From positions 32,001-96,000 of the forward strand of contig CAWJBB010000040.1 of the NCBI GenBank assembly GCA_963840855.1: a stretch of DNA of 64,000 nucleotides. The letters run 5' to 3'. Below the pieces are notes generated by a model, which searched no databases, had not been told where the DNA came from, and saw only the letters and a program-made list of their open reading frames with translations. This DNA is from an uncultured delta proteobacterium (lineage in GTDB: Bacteria > Desulfobacterota > Binatia > UBA9968). The translations under genes and the position numbers were made by a program. Shown piece by piece: positions 11,021-22,062 of the stretch. The stretch's first letter is position 1. Every line of letters starts with the position of its first letter.

Positions 11021-12163
11021 GACGTATAGGAAATTTAAACAACCTTTTTTTCTGATCGGAGCTTATCGCCGAACCCGCGAGCCGTCAAGCGCACGTGCTT
11101 TAGTGAAAATCCCGGTGTTGCTTCGGATGGCTCGGGCGACGCAGCGGTCCGAAGCGCGCGATTGGGTCCCCGTCGCTGTGCTCGCTCGAACTCAGAGCGA
11201 GCGGCGCCGTCGGCTTGGGTTGGCAAGCGGCTTTCTGCTCCTCAGATCGTTTGAAATAGATCGACTCGACGCGCCGGCGCACGGCGCGGCGGGCCGCGGG
11301 TCGGCAGGCCCAGATGGCTGAGGATCTTGATGATTACCGGCGGATCATCGATGGCGGCGATAATCTTCAAGGCACCGCCGCAGTTCGGGCAGTGCTCCAC
11401 GTCGATGTCGAAGACCCGTTTGAGCAGCCGGGCCCAGCTCATGCGCGGGGTTTCTTCCTGGGCAGAGGCGTGATCGGTCGGGGGCGCGGCGGCACGCTCT
11501 GCCGGAGCGGGAACGATTTTACTGCGCAACTTCGCGTTGGGCGCCAGCACGCCGTGGAAGCGAATCAGATGTAAACGCGGGCGCGGCACCAGCGCAGCCA
11601 AGCGCTCCATGAACTCCAACGGCTCCATGACGATATGAGTGGTGCCGTCTTTGTAAGGACTCTTCAGTTGCAGCACGACTTGCCCGGCGTGATTACGTTT
11701 GAGCCGTTCGTTGGCGATGGCCGGCCGGGTGATATAGCGGCAGAGATGCTCGAGTTCTGCACGCTGATCGGCGCGCCAGCGCACCGCCGCATGCAGGCTA
11801 AAGCCGTGCGCGTTAACACGCAGCTCTGGGGCCGATGCCTTAGCTGCGCTCGGCAGGCTTTGCAAGCTCAGCACTTTCTGTCCGGCGCGTGGGCCGAGGG
11901 CGATACGATAAGTGCACGAGGCGGCTTGCAGAGACTTGAGCGCCCCATCGGAGTCGGTTTCGGCGAGGTAGGTCCGCTCCGGTTCTTCGATGAGAGCGCC
12001 CAGGCGCGTCAATAGGCGCATGGTGCGCGTGATGATCTTCAGCAGCACAGCCTCTAGCTCATCGGTAGAAGGAGCCGCAGCCTCGTGGAAGAGCGGCACG
12101 CCGTCGCGGTTTAGGTAGACGCCGTCGAGCACCAGGCAATGCAGATGAATATTCAAATTGGCC
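11021..12163 (-). mobile_element. IS91/ISCR remnant A1: oriIS, 3' region and 5'-truncated transposase (11242-12163)
   Basis: NLNIHLHCLVLDGVY (HUH), LCRYITRPAIA, RFHGVLAPN, CPNCGG. Minus-strand end GTTTAAATTTCCTATACGTC matches the IS91/ISCR oriIS style. Confidence 0.9.
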
Positions 12164-12401
12164 GGTTCAACCGCGACGCGCGAGCGAACAAAGGACTGTC
12201 CATCGACGCGAACGCGCACTACTTGTAGCTCCTCGAAATCCAGAACGGCGCCCGCCGAGCTAGCCCTCCGACAAGCGACTAACCACAGCATGCCGTTATT
12301 AGGTGTCGCCAGGGCTAGCAATGCCTTTGGGCAGACAAGGCTGTAGTCCCTGCTCGCCGGGCGCGCTGACGCGACGCGACGGCAGCGCTATGATCGCCGC
12401 C

Positions 12402-12945
12402 ATGAAAACAAGAACATCGCTCCTCCTGCTGTGCTTCTTCACGTCGTCCGGTGTCGCGCAGAGCGACATTCAAAAGCGCGTCGACGAACTTTTCGGCGAG
12501 GGCGTTTTCGGCGTCAAATGGGGCGACTCTTTCGACACCGTTAAGCTCGCGCATCCGGGCGGCAAGACCGACACATCGAACGCCGTGGTCACGCTTTACA
12601 CCGTCGAGGACGGCCGCACTGTTCTACAACTCGAACGACGCAGACGCGACGACATCGCGTTCACGTTCCAGGGTGGCCAGTTGCGAGGAATCTCTGTGGA
12701 GTTCCCCGACTGCGCGGATGTGACGTCGAAGCTGTGGGAAGTTCTCGGTTCTATCACCGAGAAGAACGAGCAGCCGCCCTCAGGCTGGTGAGTTCGGCCT
12801 CATTAAAATGGGAATGTGGCGCGGCACGAACGTCACCGTGAATGTGGCGGCGACCTATTCGTCGCTGTCGATCGCATGCTTCATGAGCGTGGCGACCGCC
12901 ATAGAGCCCGTCGAGGCGTCTCGTTCGGATCTCGGGCTGGAATAG
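12402..12945 (+). CDS. Secreted hypothetical protein, apparent frameshift near 12785
   Basis: Signal peptide MKTRTSLLLLCFFTSSGVA, FGVKWG motif. Plausible continuation EFGLIKMGMWRG.. in another frame to 12945. Confidence 0.45.
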
Positions 12946-13487
12946 TCAACGTCCTATCGGATCGACTGCGCCCGTCTTGAGCATTCCCAACCGTCCCGCT
13001 CGAAACGCCGATTTGATTTGACCCAGAGTCTTTCCCAAGAACAACCATTCACAGGAAAGATCCGGCGCAAGGCGCGAGAACGCCAAATCCTAGAAGCGTC
13101 GGTAGTCGCTGAAGCAATGGGCTCGGAGTCGGCATCGCCTGGACTGGTTCGCTGGAGGCTAGGAGCGGCTTCCAAAGATTCGCCCGAAGCCGCGCCGGCA
13201 AGCGTTTCCGCTCCGGCGTTTACCCAGTTACCCAGAAAGCTACCCAACCGCCTCGGCGTTAGCGGCCCCAGTTCTGCTCGAGCCGCCCATAAGGCGACGA
13301 TGAGCGTGCGAGTTTGGACAGCGGTTGTAAAAGAAAGCTTGGGGCGCCGACGACCGTCGCAGGACGCACAAACCAAACCAGGCGGTCACCCGAGACTAGC
13401 GCACCCCGCGCCGGCGCAGATAGAGGACTAGATCCTCCAGCTTGTCATCGCCCAATACGCACTCGACGGTCGCGAAAGTTCCGCCTA

Positions 13488-16400
13488 TCAAGGGAACACG
13501 ATTTGAAGTTGTCCTCGCGAGAAGTATGGCTCCAGCAATGCCCACTGCACCGAGTGGCGGACCGGTGGCTCGATCTCCGCTTTCCCGCCCCTACTCTCAA
13601 TGAACTCTGCGCACGAGGCGATGAAGCTTTGCCACAAACGATGCTGCACGTCGGCCCCGTAGAAGTCGCCGATCGTGTAGACCGCGCGCTCCCACCGATC
13701 GACAGCTTCGGTATACACCTCCCAGCCGACCGGCGTCCTACGGATCCCGAACGCGCGACACCCACTCAATGGGTGCCTTCCAGCATTATCGGTCATGATG
13801 GTCGAGAAGACCCAGCCGGCCCGATCGTCATCGACATGGTAGGCGGTAACCATCAAGTCGAAATCATCTGGACCGAAGGCGTCAATGTGAATCATCGCAC
13901 CGCGCGGGTCCTGGCTCTCCCAGATCGCCTTTTCCTCCGCATCCACGGGCTCGAAGTTCGCTAGCCGCAATCCATTCCACGTCTCTGCGTCGGCCAAGTC
14001 GTCGATGTGGCGCCGAATGTATTCAAACAGAGCGCGGTGATCCATGACTGTCCCGGCTTCGGTTGGGAACGTGATGATCTTGGCCCGGTACGAATCCATA
14101 TTGATGTCATGGCCCCTAGCTTCTTCGATGCGCTGGATAGGCCAGAATGGGTCGGCGGCGCCCGGAGAGGGCGTCACTTGTGCTTCTTTCTGGCGCGCAC
14201 GAGTGAACCAAGCGGGAGGCCACTGACCTAGCCGGTTATTGGGAAAGTCCCAGAGGTAAAGCCAGGGTCCAAGCAGCCGTTGCGGCTTCGTGGGATCCGT
14301 CAGGAGTTCACTGGAGCCGCCGGCATTGGCAGGCGTGACAGGTACGCCGAGGGAATTGGCGACTGCCCCTACCAGGTTGGGTGAGGCCGCTCGGCCCTCG
14401 TCGCTGTAGGCCAACTCGCGAGCGAAAGGAGGGACCCCGGGCATATAGTCGCCTGAGATAGTCCTCCCGTCCCCGCTGGTGGGGAAGGCGTCAGTGCCGC
14501 TCGCGCCACCGCCGCTCGTGCTTACGCCCGATGACGAAGCGCCGCCCGCACGAGAGCCACCCGAAACGCCGCGTTGATCCAAGTCACGCCCATGATTGAC
14601 CCATGCGCCGTCGCCGGAAATGCCTGCCTTCGAGCCGCCGCCGGCTGATCCGGAACCGCCACTGCCGCCACCCCCATTATTGGCGTTGAGCACCTTCCAC
14701 ATATCGGCCGCGGCTTTGCCCATTTCCGTCGCCTGGTTGGTAGCGGCCTGAAAGTTGGCGCTGGCGATGCGGCCTGCCTCGGTGGCCGCTGATAGCGTGC
14801 CGGAGGAGGCCGCCTGTATCGTCGCCTGGGTTCCAGCCAGCCCGCTCATGTCCCTGAACATGTTTGCCGTGGCGAGGGCGCCCAGCGACGCCGTGAGACC
14901 CGTCGGGTCCGGAAGCGCGGTCGGGTTCATGATATTCAGCACCGGCGCCGAAAGCTGGCCAGGTCTCAGGTCGTCGGACGATCCACGGCTCCCGGTGCCG
15001 ATGACCGCGATTTCGGTTGGCTGGAGCGGAATTGGTGAGTCTTGCCAGTTCCAGAAGCGTGTGACATCAAGCTTTTCGGCCGAGTTGGAACGGCCGAGAA
15101 CGGCTTCCGCGAAGACCCCGCCCGTCGGCACAGGGATAAGCCGCTCGTCCGCCTTGTCGAAGTCTATACCTCGCTCTTCGAGAAGTTGTCCCCATGTCTG
15201 TTCAACGACGAGCCCACTTGCGTCACTAGTTTCCGCTGGCGCGCGGAGCACCAAGAAATTACCGCTGACCGCGACCGGGTTTGGTTCGACTTGATCGACT
15301 AACGGCCGGCCAAGCCACGTGACGCTGGACAACAATGACACAAGCGACGCCGAGTCCAAATTGGCTAGGACAGCGCGTGTGTAATAGACACGGTTAGCGT
15401 GCAGGTGCGCATGCAACTCGGCGCGGCGATCGGCACTGTCACCGGCAAGGAACGCTGCTACCTGCATGTTCGTGCCAGAGATGAGCGACAGTGGCACGAC
15501 CGCTAGCTGACGGTGGCCCTCGGATTCATAACGAAGGATCATGGATCCGACAGACTCTGTGCTTGTGTCGCGTGCAACGTGTATCGAACTGATCGTTCGC
15601 AATGGGATGGGAGTGGCAAAGTCGATTTGGTCTGTGGCACCCGGAACGACGAATGTGGTTGCCTCCGCGGACACGCCTTCCTGATCAATCCGGACGCGGT
15701 CGATCCCGACGTCCTCAAACCCCAGCGAGACCAGGACCGCGTCACCAGGGACGATTTCAGCAACCGGTCCTGGGCGAACGACGGTAAACCTTTTCGGCAA
15801 TGGAGTTGCTGGCGTTGCCGGGTCGCCCGCGGACGGAGGCGCAATGGCGCTGCTGGGCGAGCCGGCGGCTGAGTTAACGTTGTCTGCCATGCGCGCCATG
15901 AACCTCCTGGAAGTCATGACCTCCGTGGCCAGGTCGCCGACGCTAAACGGCTGAGAGATACGCACGCCGCTCCGTATTTCGATGCGTCCACGCTCGTCGA
16001 AGAGGAGCTGAGCGACGCGCTCCGAAAGCGCAGCGGCACGCAGCTGAAAACGAAAACGTGCGACGAGGTCGGCAGCATCAGCACCGGAGAAGTCGAGGAG
16101 CTCGAACGGTACAAACAATACGCGCTCGAATTTGTTGAGCTGGACCGTCACGCGGTAAAGCTGGACAACTTCGTAATACTGAACAGTCAGCGCATGCATG
16201 TGGTTGTAATTTGCGACTATCCGCGTACTGACTTGTTCGTGCTCGGATTGTGACACCTCCCGCACCGCGCTCGCGCGACGGTTGCGGACGGAGGTCGCGT
16301 GCTGCTCCGTCCGGTCGTTGACCGTCTGCGTCATCTCCGCCATGACGGATCGCGACCCAACCGACCAGGACGTGCTTAAAGCTTCTGATTTCGTCTCCGA

Positions 16401-17447
16401 CTCTTGGCTTGAGCTGGAACCACCGCCTCCAAAGCCAAAGACGCCTGTAATGCCTTGGTATACGCCCGCGACACCGCCGCCAGCGCTTGCAGCCCAACCG
16501 CTTGCATCACTCGTTGACTTGGCCCAGCCGCTGGCGAAGGACCCGCCTGACTGCATTTCATTGGCGACCGCATTTTGGATTTCACTGGCGGCGCGTGAGT
16601 GACTGGTCGCGTTATCGAGCTGCTCACGTTCATCGACGCTCTCGGTTGCGCTCGCCTGGGTCCGCCTCGCCCAATCGATGACCGCGATCCGCGTAGCCTC
16701 TCCCGGAGCGAGCGCGAGCGAGTGGACCATATGTCCGAGGGTGATTCCCTGAGCGAACCAAGATTGGGAGTAGGTCGCAATGGCGCCCACTGCCGGTGCC
16801 CCGAATGCCGATCCCGATCCGGTCAGCTGCGTCAACGATAACGGCTCGCGCAACGGCGTCTGATTACCTGGAGAGCCAGCTCCGAGCATGACAAGCTTGT
16901 CGTAGTAGACTCGCTCCGTCGGGTATTGGCCCATCTTCGGCCGAAGCTCTTCGGCCGTGTCGTCAACCGTCAGGACGGTTCCGGCTGCGAAACTCACGAT
17001 TTCGTGCGCCATTTGCCGCGGCGGCCAAAGGGCGAAATCGCGGACTGTCGGCGTATGTAGGGCGTCAGCCAGTGCTGTGGCATCAGCCGTTGAAAGGCCC
17101 CGGAGCACGTTTAAAGGAGATCCGGGGATATCGGACAACGCTACGTCAGCGGCCTCCGAATCGATGATATCGCTAGCAATCATCTTCAAGGATGAATCGG
17201 CCGCGCTGCAGGCCGCACTGCCCTGGCCAAAAATGGCTGACGACCCCAGATCGAAAATGGTTCGTACGTGGATGCGCTCTAAAGCCGTTGCGGCTTCAGT
17301 GCCTACGCCTTGGAGTTCGGTGACCGGCTGCTGCAAGATTTCCCGAAGACTAAGGTTCACGCTTGATGAGCGGACGAATTGTTTGAACGTCGGCTGCACG
17401 GTGGGCTCTCCTTTATGGTCCGATACTTCGTGTGCTGCCAAAATCAA
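13488..17447 (-). CDS. Large (1319 aa) uncharacterised multidomain protein, candidate toxin/effector
   Basis: Long ORF with HhH-like N-terminal repeats, a Ser/Gly-rich hairpin segment, blocks NYNHMHALTVQYYEV and PTGGVFAEAVLGRSNSAEKLD, a Gly/Ser linker and a distinct C-terminal domain. Confidence 0.8.
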   Translation of the reverse strand: MILAAHEVSDHKGEPTVQPTFKQFVRSSSVNLSLREILQQPVTELQGVGTEAATALERIHVRTIFDLGSSAIFGQGSAACSAADSSLKMIASDIIDSEAADVALSDIPGSPLNVLRGLSTADATALADALHTPTVRDFALWPPRQMAHEIVSFAAGTVLTVDDTAEELRPKMGQYPTERVYYDKLVMLGAGSPGNQTPLREPLSLTQLTGSGSAFGAPAVGAIATYSQSWFAQGITLGHMVHSLALAPGEATRIAVIDWARRTQASATESVDEREQLDNATSHSRAASEIQNAVANEMQSGGSFASGWAKSTSDASGWAASAGGGVAGVYQGITGVFGFGGGGSSSSQESETKSEALSTSWSVGSRSVMAEMTQTVNDRTEQHATSVRNRRASAVREVSQSEHEQVSTRIVANYNHMHALTVQYYEVVQLYRVTVQLNKFERVLFVPFELLDFSGADAADLVARFRFQLRAAALSERVAQLLFDERGRIEIRSGVRISQPFSVGDLATEVMTSRRFMARMADNVNSAAGSPSSAIAPPSAGDPATPATPLPKRFTVVRPGPVAEIVPGDAVLVSLGFEDVGIDRVRIDQEGVSAEATTFVVPGATDQIDFATPIPLRTISSIHVARDTSTESVGSMILRYESEGHRQLAVVPLSLISGTNMQVAAFLAGDSADRRAELHAHLHANRVYYTRAVLANLDSASLVSLLSSVTWLGRPLVDQVEPNPVAVSGNFLVLRAPAETSDASGLVVEQTWGQLLEERGIDFDKADERLIPVPTGGVFAEAVLGRSNSAEKLDVTRFWNWQDSPIPLQPTEIAVIGTGSRGSSDDLRPGQLSAPVLNIMNPTALPDPTGLTASLGALATANMFRDMSGLAGTQATIQAASSGTLSAATEAGRIASANFQAATNQATEMGKAAADMWKVLNANNGGGGSGGSGSAGGGSKAGISGDGAWVNHGRDLDQRGVSGGSRAGGASSSGVSTSGGGASGTDAFPTSGDGRTISGDYMPGVPPFARELAYSDEGRAASPNLVGAVANSLGVPVTPANAGGSSELLTDPTKPQRLLGPWLYLWDFPNNRLGQWPPAWFTRARQKEAQVTPSPGAADPFWPIQRIEEARGHDINMDSYRAKIITFPTEAGTVMDHRALFEYIRRHIDDLADAETWNGLRLANFEPVDAEEKAIWESQDPRGAMIHIDAFGPDDFDLMVTAYHVDDDRAGWVFSTIMTDNAGRHPLSGCRAFGIRRTPVGWEVYTEAVDRWERAVYTIGDFYGADVQHRLWQSFIASCAEFIESRGGKAEIEPPVRHSVQWALLEPYFSRGQLQIVFP

Positions 17448-17788
17448 TGATCAACTGTGCGTTGATGATTGGAGTCCGGGTTTAGCTAGAACATGTGGAC
17501 ATCGCATAGGTGTTGCACGCCCACCTTAACGGCTTGACACAACGTTTCTGCTGATTCGACCTCCCAGAAAAAAATGCCGTTCGCGAATCTCTCTTTTTTG
17601 TCGCAGGAATCACATCCTGCGTTTTGCGTCGCACTGTTTCAAGTCGCTTGCATCCCGTCGCGTCGTACCTCGTCCATAGGGTCGACAAAGGACTGCTAGA
17701 GCGCGATAGAGGCCTTCGGCGACTGGGTATAGCAAGATTCCGGCTCAATGCATCGGCTAGAGTTATCGCTAGCAACATCACGCGCGGT

Positions 17789-18676
17789 TACGAATAGGAT
17801 TTTTAAACGACCTTTTCTATGGCGGAGCTATATCGCAACCCCGGCAGAGTTGTCAATTCCTGTTCTGCTTGATGAAAAACCCACTGTTGTACCGGTCCGC
17901 TTGGCCGGAGAGCAGTCGGGAGGCAAGCGAAAGGTTTCTTATGGAGACGCTCGGTCGAACTCAGAGCGACCGGCGCCGTCGGCTCGCGTTGGCAACCGGT
18001 TTTCGGCTCCTCAGATTGTCTGGAATAAATCGAATCGCTGCGCAGGGGAGCGTGGCGGGGCGTGCGTGGGCAGGCCCAGATGGGCGAGGATTTTGACAAT
18101 CACCGGCGGATCTTCGATGGCGGCGATGCTCTTCAAGCTGCCGCCGCAGTTCGGGCAGTGGTCGATGTCGATATCGAAGACTCGTTTGAGCAGCCTGGCC
18201 CAACTCAGGCGCGCCGGCGCGTGATCGCATGCGGGCGCGGTTGCTTGCTCTACCGGACTGGGGACGATTTCATGACGCAGCTTTGCGTTCGGCGCGAGCA
18301 CGCCATGGAAGCGGATTAGATGTAAGCGCGGACGGGGCACCAGGGCGGCCAGGCGCTGCATGAATTCCAGCGGCGCCATGACGATATGGGTGGTGCCGTC
18401 CTTGAACGCGCTCTTCAGTTGCAACACGACATCGCCGGCGCGATTACGCTTGAGCCGTTCGTTGGCGATCGCCGGGCGGGTGATATAGCGGCATAGGTGC
18501 TCTAGTTCCTTGCGCTGATCGGCGCCCCAGCGCACCGCCGCATGAAGGCTGAAGCCGTGGAGTTTGGTACACAGCTCCGGGGCGGATGGCCTGTCTGCGC
18601 TCGGCACGCTTTGCAAGCTCAGCACTTTCTGTCCCGCTCGCGGACCGGGCGCGATGCGGTAGGTGCATGAGGCCGC
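17789..18676 (-). mobile_element. IS91/ISCR remnant A2: oriIS, 3' region and 5'-truncated transposase (18011-18676)
   Basis: Paralogous to A1 (AASCTYRIA..LCRYITRPAIA..DLFQTI*). End GTTTAAAAATCCTATTCGT. Confidence 0.9.
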
Positions 18677-18677
18677 T

Positions 18678-18948
18678 GGGCGGTGAAGATTTGCGACGTT
18701 GGCCGCTTGCAAAACGGAAGGCAGCACTCCGCGGGCTGCTCGAAGTTGAGCGCGGCGGCATTCAGTACGTCGAGCACACGGAAGGTGATGGCGACAAGAT
18801 GTTCGAAGCGGTGTGCAAGCTCGGGCTTGAGGGCATCGTATCGAAGCGGGCTGGGTCGTTTTACCGATCTGGGCCGTCGAAGATGTGGATCAAGGTCAAG
18901 AACCCGAAGGCACCGGCGGCCACGCGCGTTCTTGAGGGAGGGCTTTAA
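18678..18948 (+). pseudogene. ATP-dependent DNA ligase (LigD-type) C-terminal fragment
   Basis: DLRRWPLAKRK, GLEGIVSKR..YRSG..WIKVKNP. N-terminus lost at the IS91 junction. Confidence 0.8.
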
Positions 18949-19068
18949 GCTGCCTTGCTACGATGTGGGATCACTTCGCATTCACCTGCCCAAATGGCGG
19001 CGATCCGTCACCGGAGGCCTGGGCCGTTTGTTCGCTCCGCTGAGCAATTTCCGCCAATCGCGTAGCAC

Positions 19069-20056
19069 CTACCGCTTTTTCCGGTTAGGATGACTGAAAT
19101 TAAGTACCCAGCTGAACAAGCTATTTCCCAGTTTGCTTACAATCAGAGCGGACGAATCGTTTTTAATGAGATGACCGTCCGGCCGAATAAATTGATCAAA
19201 GTGAAACTTATTACGAGCAAGAGTAGTTACGAATTCTAATGAAGGGAAGCGACTAAGAACATGCTCAACGCGCATGCTTGGGTCTTTGTCGTGTTCCCAG
19301 TGACGTAGAAACTGATGACGGATTTGGTCACTTCGTTGGAATGACTCCTTATTGTTTCGCGGGGACAACATTAGGAGGAAATCGGCGAACTCTATCGACT
19401 CAGGTTTCATATCTAAGTCGAAAATTACCGTTATGGGTTCTCCATCTCTCGCTGAAGAGTCCAACAACGATCGAAAAAAATTCGATAACTCGCTGCAAAG
19501 ATCTTTTGCAAATATCGCATCCTCAGGTTCGTGCCAAACGAACATGCGGAATGTTCTCTCGCTATCGTCCAATACGTCCCTGGCGGACAAATTACTTTGG
19601 CGACGATATATTCCTACGGTTCCAGGTGTAGCTTTCTGTTTCTCGGATTTGGCCTCACCCAAAGTCAGTTTTGCTGCTTGGCGTGTCGCACCAAGCTTCT
19701 CGATTGCGCGCACGATCTTGTCGCGGTTCGCGATATCCTCCGTATGTTGACCCTGGAAACCAAACGGAATCCTATCTGCTTCGAGTCGTGACGTCTTGGT
19801 TGCGACGAGCTTACGATGTTTTAGCCCAAAACGTGCTTCATCGCGCACAAAGTTCGACTTGACTGATGTCTCGCTCCAGATGACTACAACGGCGCGAGCT
19901 TTGGAAAATGCAGCCTGAATTGCATCGGTGAAATCATCAGAAGCTAAAAGCTCGACGTCCCACCAAACCTGAAAGCCCAGCGATTGCAAATATTGTCCGA
20001 GTTCTTCGGCTAGAGCGCGGTCCTGGGCGTGCGTAGGAAATCACTACGTCAGACAT
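19069..20056 (-). CDS. TIR-domain protein with a +1 frameshift near 20027
   Basis: MSDVVISYAR / QDRALAEELGQYLQSLGFQVWWD..VVVIWSETSVKSNFVRDEA. One extra C separates the first 10 codons from ORF 19069-19989. Low GC. Confidence 0.75.
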
Positions 20057-20115
20057 GAATCCCACTATATCTGTTTTACGAGATATTCGAGAATATCCAT
20101 GTGGCACCCTAGTGG

Positions 20116-20358
20116 CTATCTGAACTCGCTGGCAAACGCGGCCGCAATGGCCGGATCAGCGAAACGCCACCGAATAACCGCACCATCAGCATCGTGCGTG
20201 CCATGCCCGCGCTGTGGCTTGATGCCATGCTGTGCATGAAAGTCGTACATCGCATCGAGTCGCGTAACCAGGCCGCCAGGCGGAACGATGATGTCGACGT
20301 GGTGCGGAAATTCCTGTTCAGTCCGCCATGCTTTTAGTTGGCCTTTGTAGCGGGACAT
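20116..20358 (-). CDS. Small hypothetical protein
   Basis: 80-aa ORF, FPHHVDIIVPPGGL..LDAMYDFH..RWRFAD, with coding-like composition. Confidence 0.55.
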   Translation of the reverse strand: MSRYKGQLKAWRTEQEFPHHVDIIVPPGGLVTRLDAMYDFHAQHGIKPQRGHGTHDADGAVIRWRFADPAIAAAFASEFR

Positions 20359-20546
20359 CTCGATGACTTTCTAAGTGGGTACGGACTCATGGAATGACAG
20401 GTGCTGTCACACCGCGCACGTTGCTAAGATACCGCAAGGAGGACGAATTTTTTTCAAAAGGTAGGTTTTTGACGAACTCACCGCGCCGAATCGCCAGATG
20501 ATACTTCCGAACATTTTTTTGGGAGGCGTTCATGATGAAATCATTA

Positions 20547-20822
20547 GACGTATAGGACATTTAAACAACCTTTTTTTCTGATCGGAGCTATATCGCCAGC
20601 CCGGCGAGTTGTCAATCGTCTTTCTGTTGATGAAAATCCCAATCTTGCTTCGGCTGGCTTGGGCGGCGTAGTGGTCGGTGGCGCGCGAAGTGTTCCAGAT
20701 CGCGCCGCACGCTCGAACTCAGAGCGAGCGGCGCCGTCGGCTTGCGTTGGCAAGCGGTTTTCGGCTCTCAGATTGTCTGGAATAAATCGACTCGCTGCGC
20801 CGGCGAGCGCGGCGGGGCGTTG
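20547..20822 (-). mobile_element. IS91/ISCR remnant A3: oriIS, 3' region and last ~17 codons of transposase
   Basis: Similar to 11021-11290. Encodes APPRSPAQRVDLFQTI*. End GTTTAAATGTCCTATACGTC. Confidence 0.85.
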
Positions 20823-20865
20823 GTGGCGAGCCAGCCTATAGGCGGATGCGGCTCCTGGGTGACGG

Positions 20866-21045
20866 CTAAATAGCCGCGGGCTGGTCGAGCTCGAAGCCGA
20901 GGTCCTCGATCATGCGGTGCGCGTCCGAGGCTTCTTGACCGGGTGTCGTCAGATAGCCATTGACAAAGATCGAGTTCGCTGGATAGAGGCTGAGCGGCTG
21001 CAGCGAGCGCAGATTCACTTCGCGGCCGCCGGCGACCCGAATCTC
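20866..21045 (-). pseudogene. bioB: Biotin synthase C-terminal fragment
   Basis: Manual translation [52 protein letters not shown] (BATS domain). Not in the ORF track. Confidence 0.8.
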
Positions 21046-22012
21046 TATAAATACCTCGGCTGCGGGGATCTAAGAAAAGGCTTTGCCCGGATCAAGTGCA
21101 AGGAATGCCAGCATGAGGTTCTTCTCGCCTTCTCCTGTAAGGGACGCTACTTCTGCCCCTCATGGCATCAAAAAAGAGTGTTGATGTTTGGGGAATGGAT
21201 CACCGAAGATATTCTTTACCCGCTACCCCATAGGCAATATGTTTTTACGATTCCTAAGATGCTCCGTCCCTATTTCAGATTCGATAGAAAGCTCCTGGGG
21301 AAGCTCAGCCAATGCGCCTATCAGTCTCTCAAAGAGTTCTTCCAAACAACCCTCAACCGGAAAGAAGCCATCCCCGGGGTGGTAGTCTCGATCCAAACCT
21401 TCGGCGACCTGATTAATTTTCACCCCCACCTGCACTGTCTGGTCACCGACGGCTGCTTTATGGCCAACGACTGGTTTTACGTTCTGCCGGAAATTGACGT
21501 CAAAAAGCTGGAAAGCCTTTTTCGTCACAAAGTCCTAAAGCTCTTGCTCAGCGAGAAAAGGATCAGCGAGGAGCTGGTCGAAAAGCTCCTCTCCTGGAAA
21601 AATTCCGGTTTCAGCGTTCACAATCAGGTCAAAATCAAAAGCCGGGACCGCCGGGGGCAGGAAAGCCTGGCCCAATATATTCTGCGTTCCCCATTTTCTC
21701 TGGAGGAAATGACTTACCAGCAGCAGACGAAAACGGTTCTCTATCGCTCTAAGATGAACCCCGTCCTCAAGAAAAACTTCGCCGTCTTTCCCGTCTTGGA
21801 TTTGATTGCAACCCTCACCACGCATATCCCCAACCAAAGGGAAGCAACTGATCGGCTACTACAGCAATGTATCAAGGGAAAAAAGGAAAAAAGAGAAGCC
21901 CGAAGACAAAACCGAGATTAGCGAGATCGATGCCCCGCCGGCATCCAAGAAATTAAAAAAGCGCTGGTCCTACTTCATCAGGACAGTTTATGAACCAGAC
22001 CCGCTTATTTGT
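21046..22012 (+). pseudogene. IS91-family (subtype B) transposase, truncated at both ends, frameshift near 21840
   Basis: [42 protein letters not shown] (HUH), SGFSVH, WSYFIRTVYEPDPLIC. Confidence 0.88.
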
Positions 22013-22062
22013 TTCCATAACTGGCACTTGGGGTAACATCCATCGCTCTCTCCTTCCTTTCT

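Noticed and set aside
20917-21045. ORF-track N-terminus of the 334-aa transposase
   Set aside because: It is the antisense of the bioB fragment. Transposase similarity begins at about 21046.
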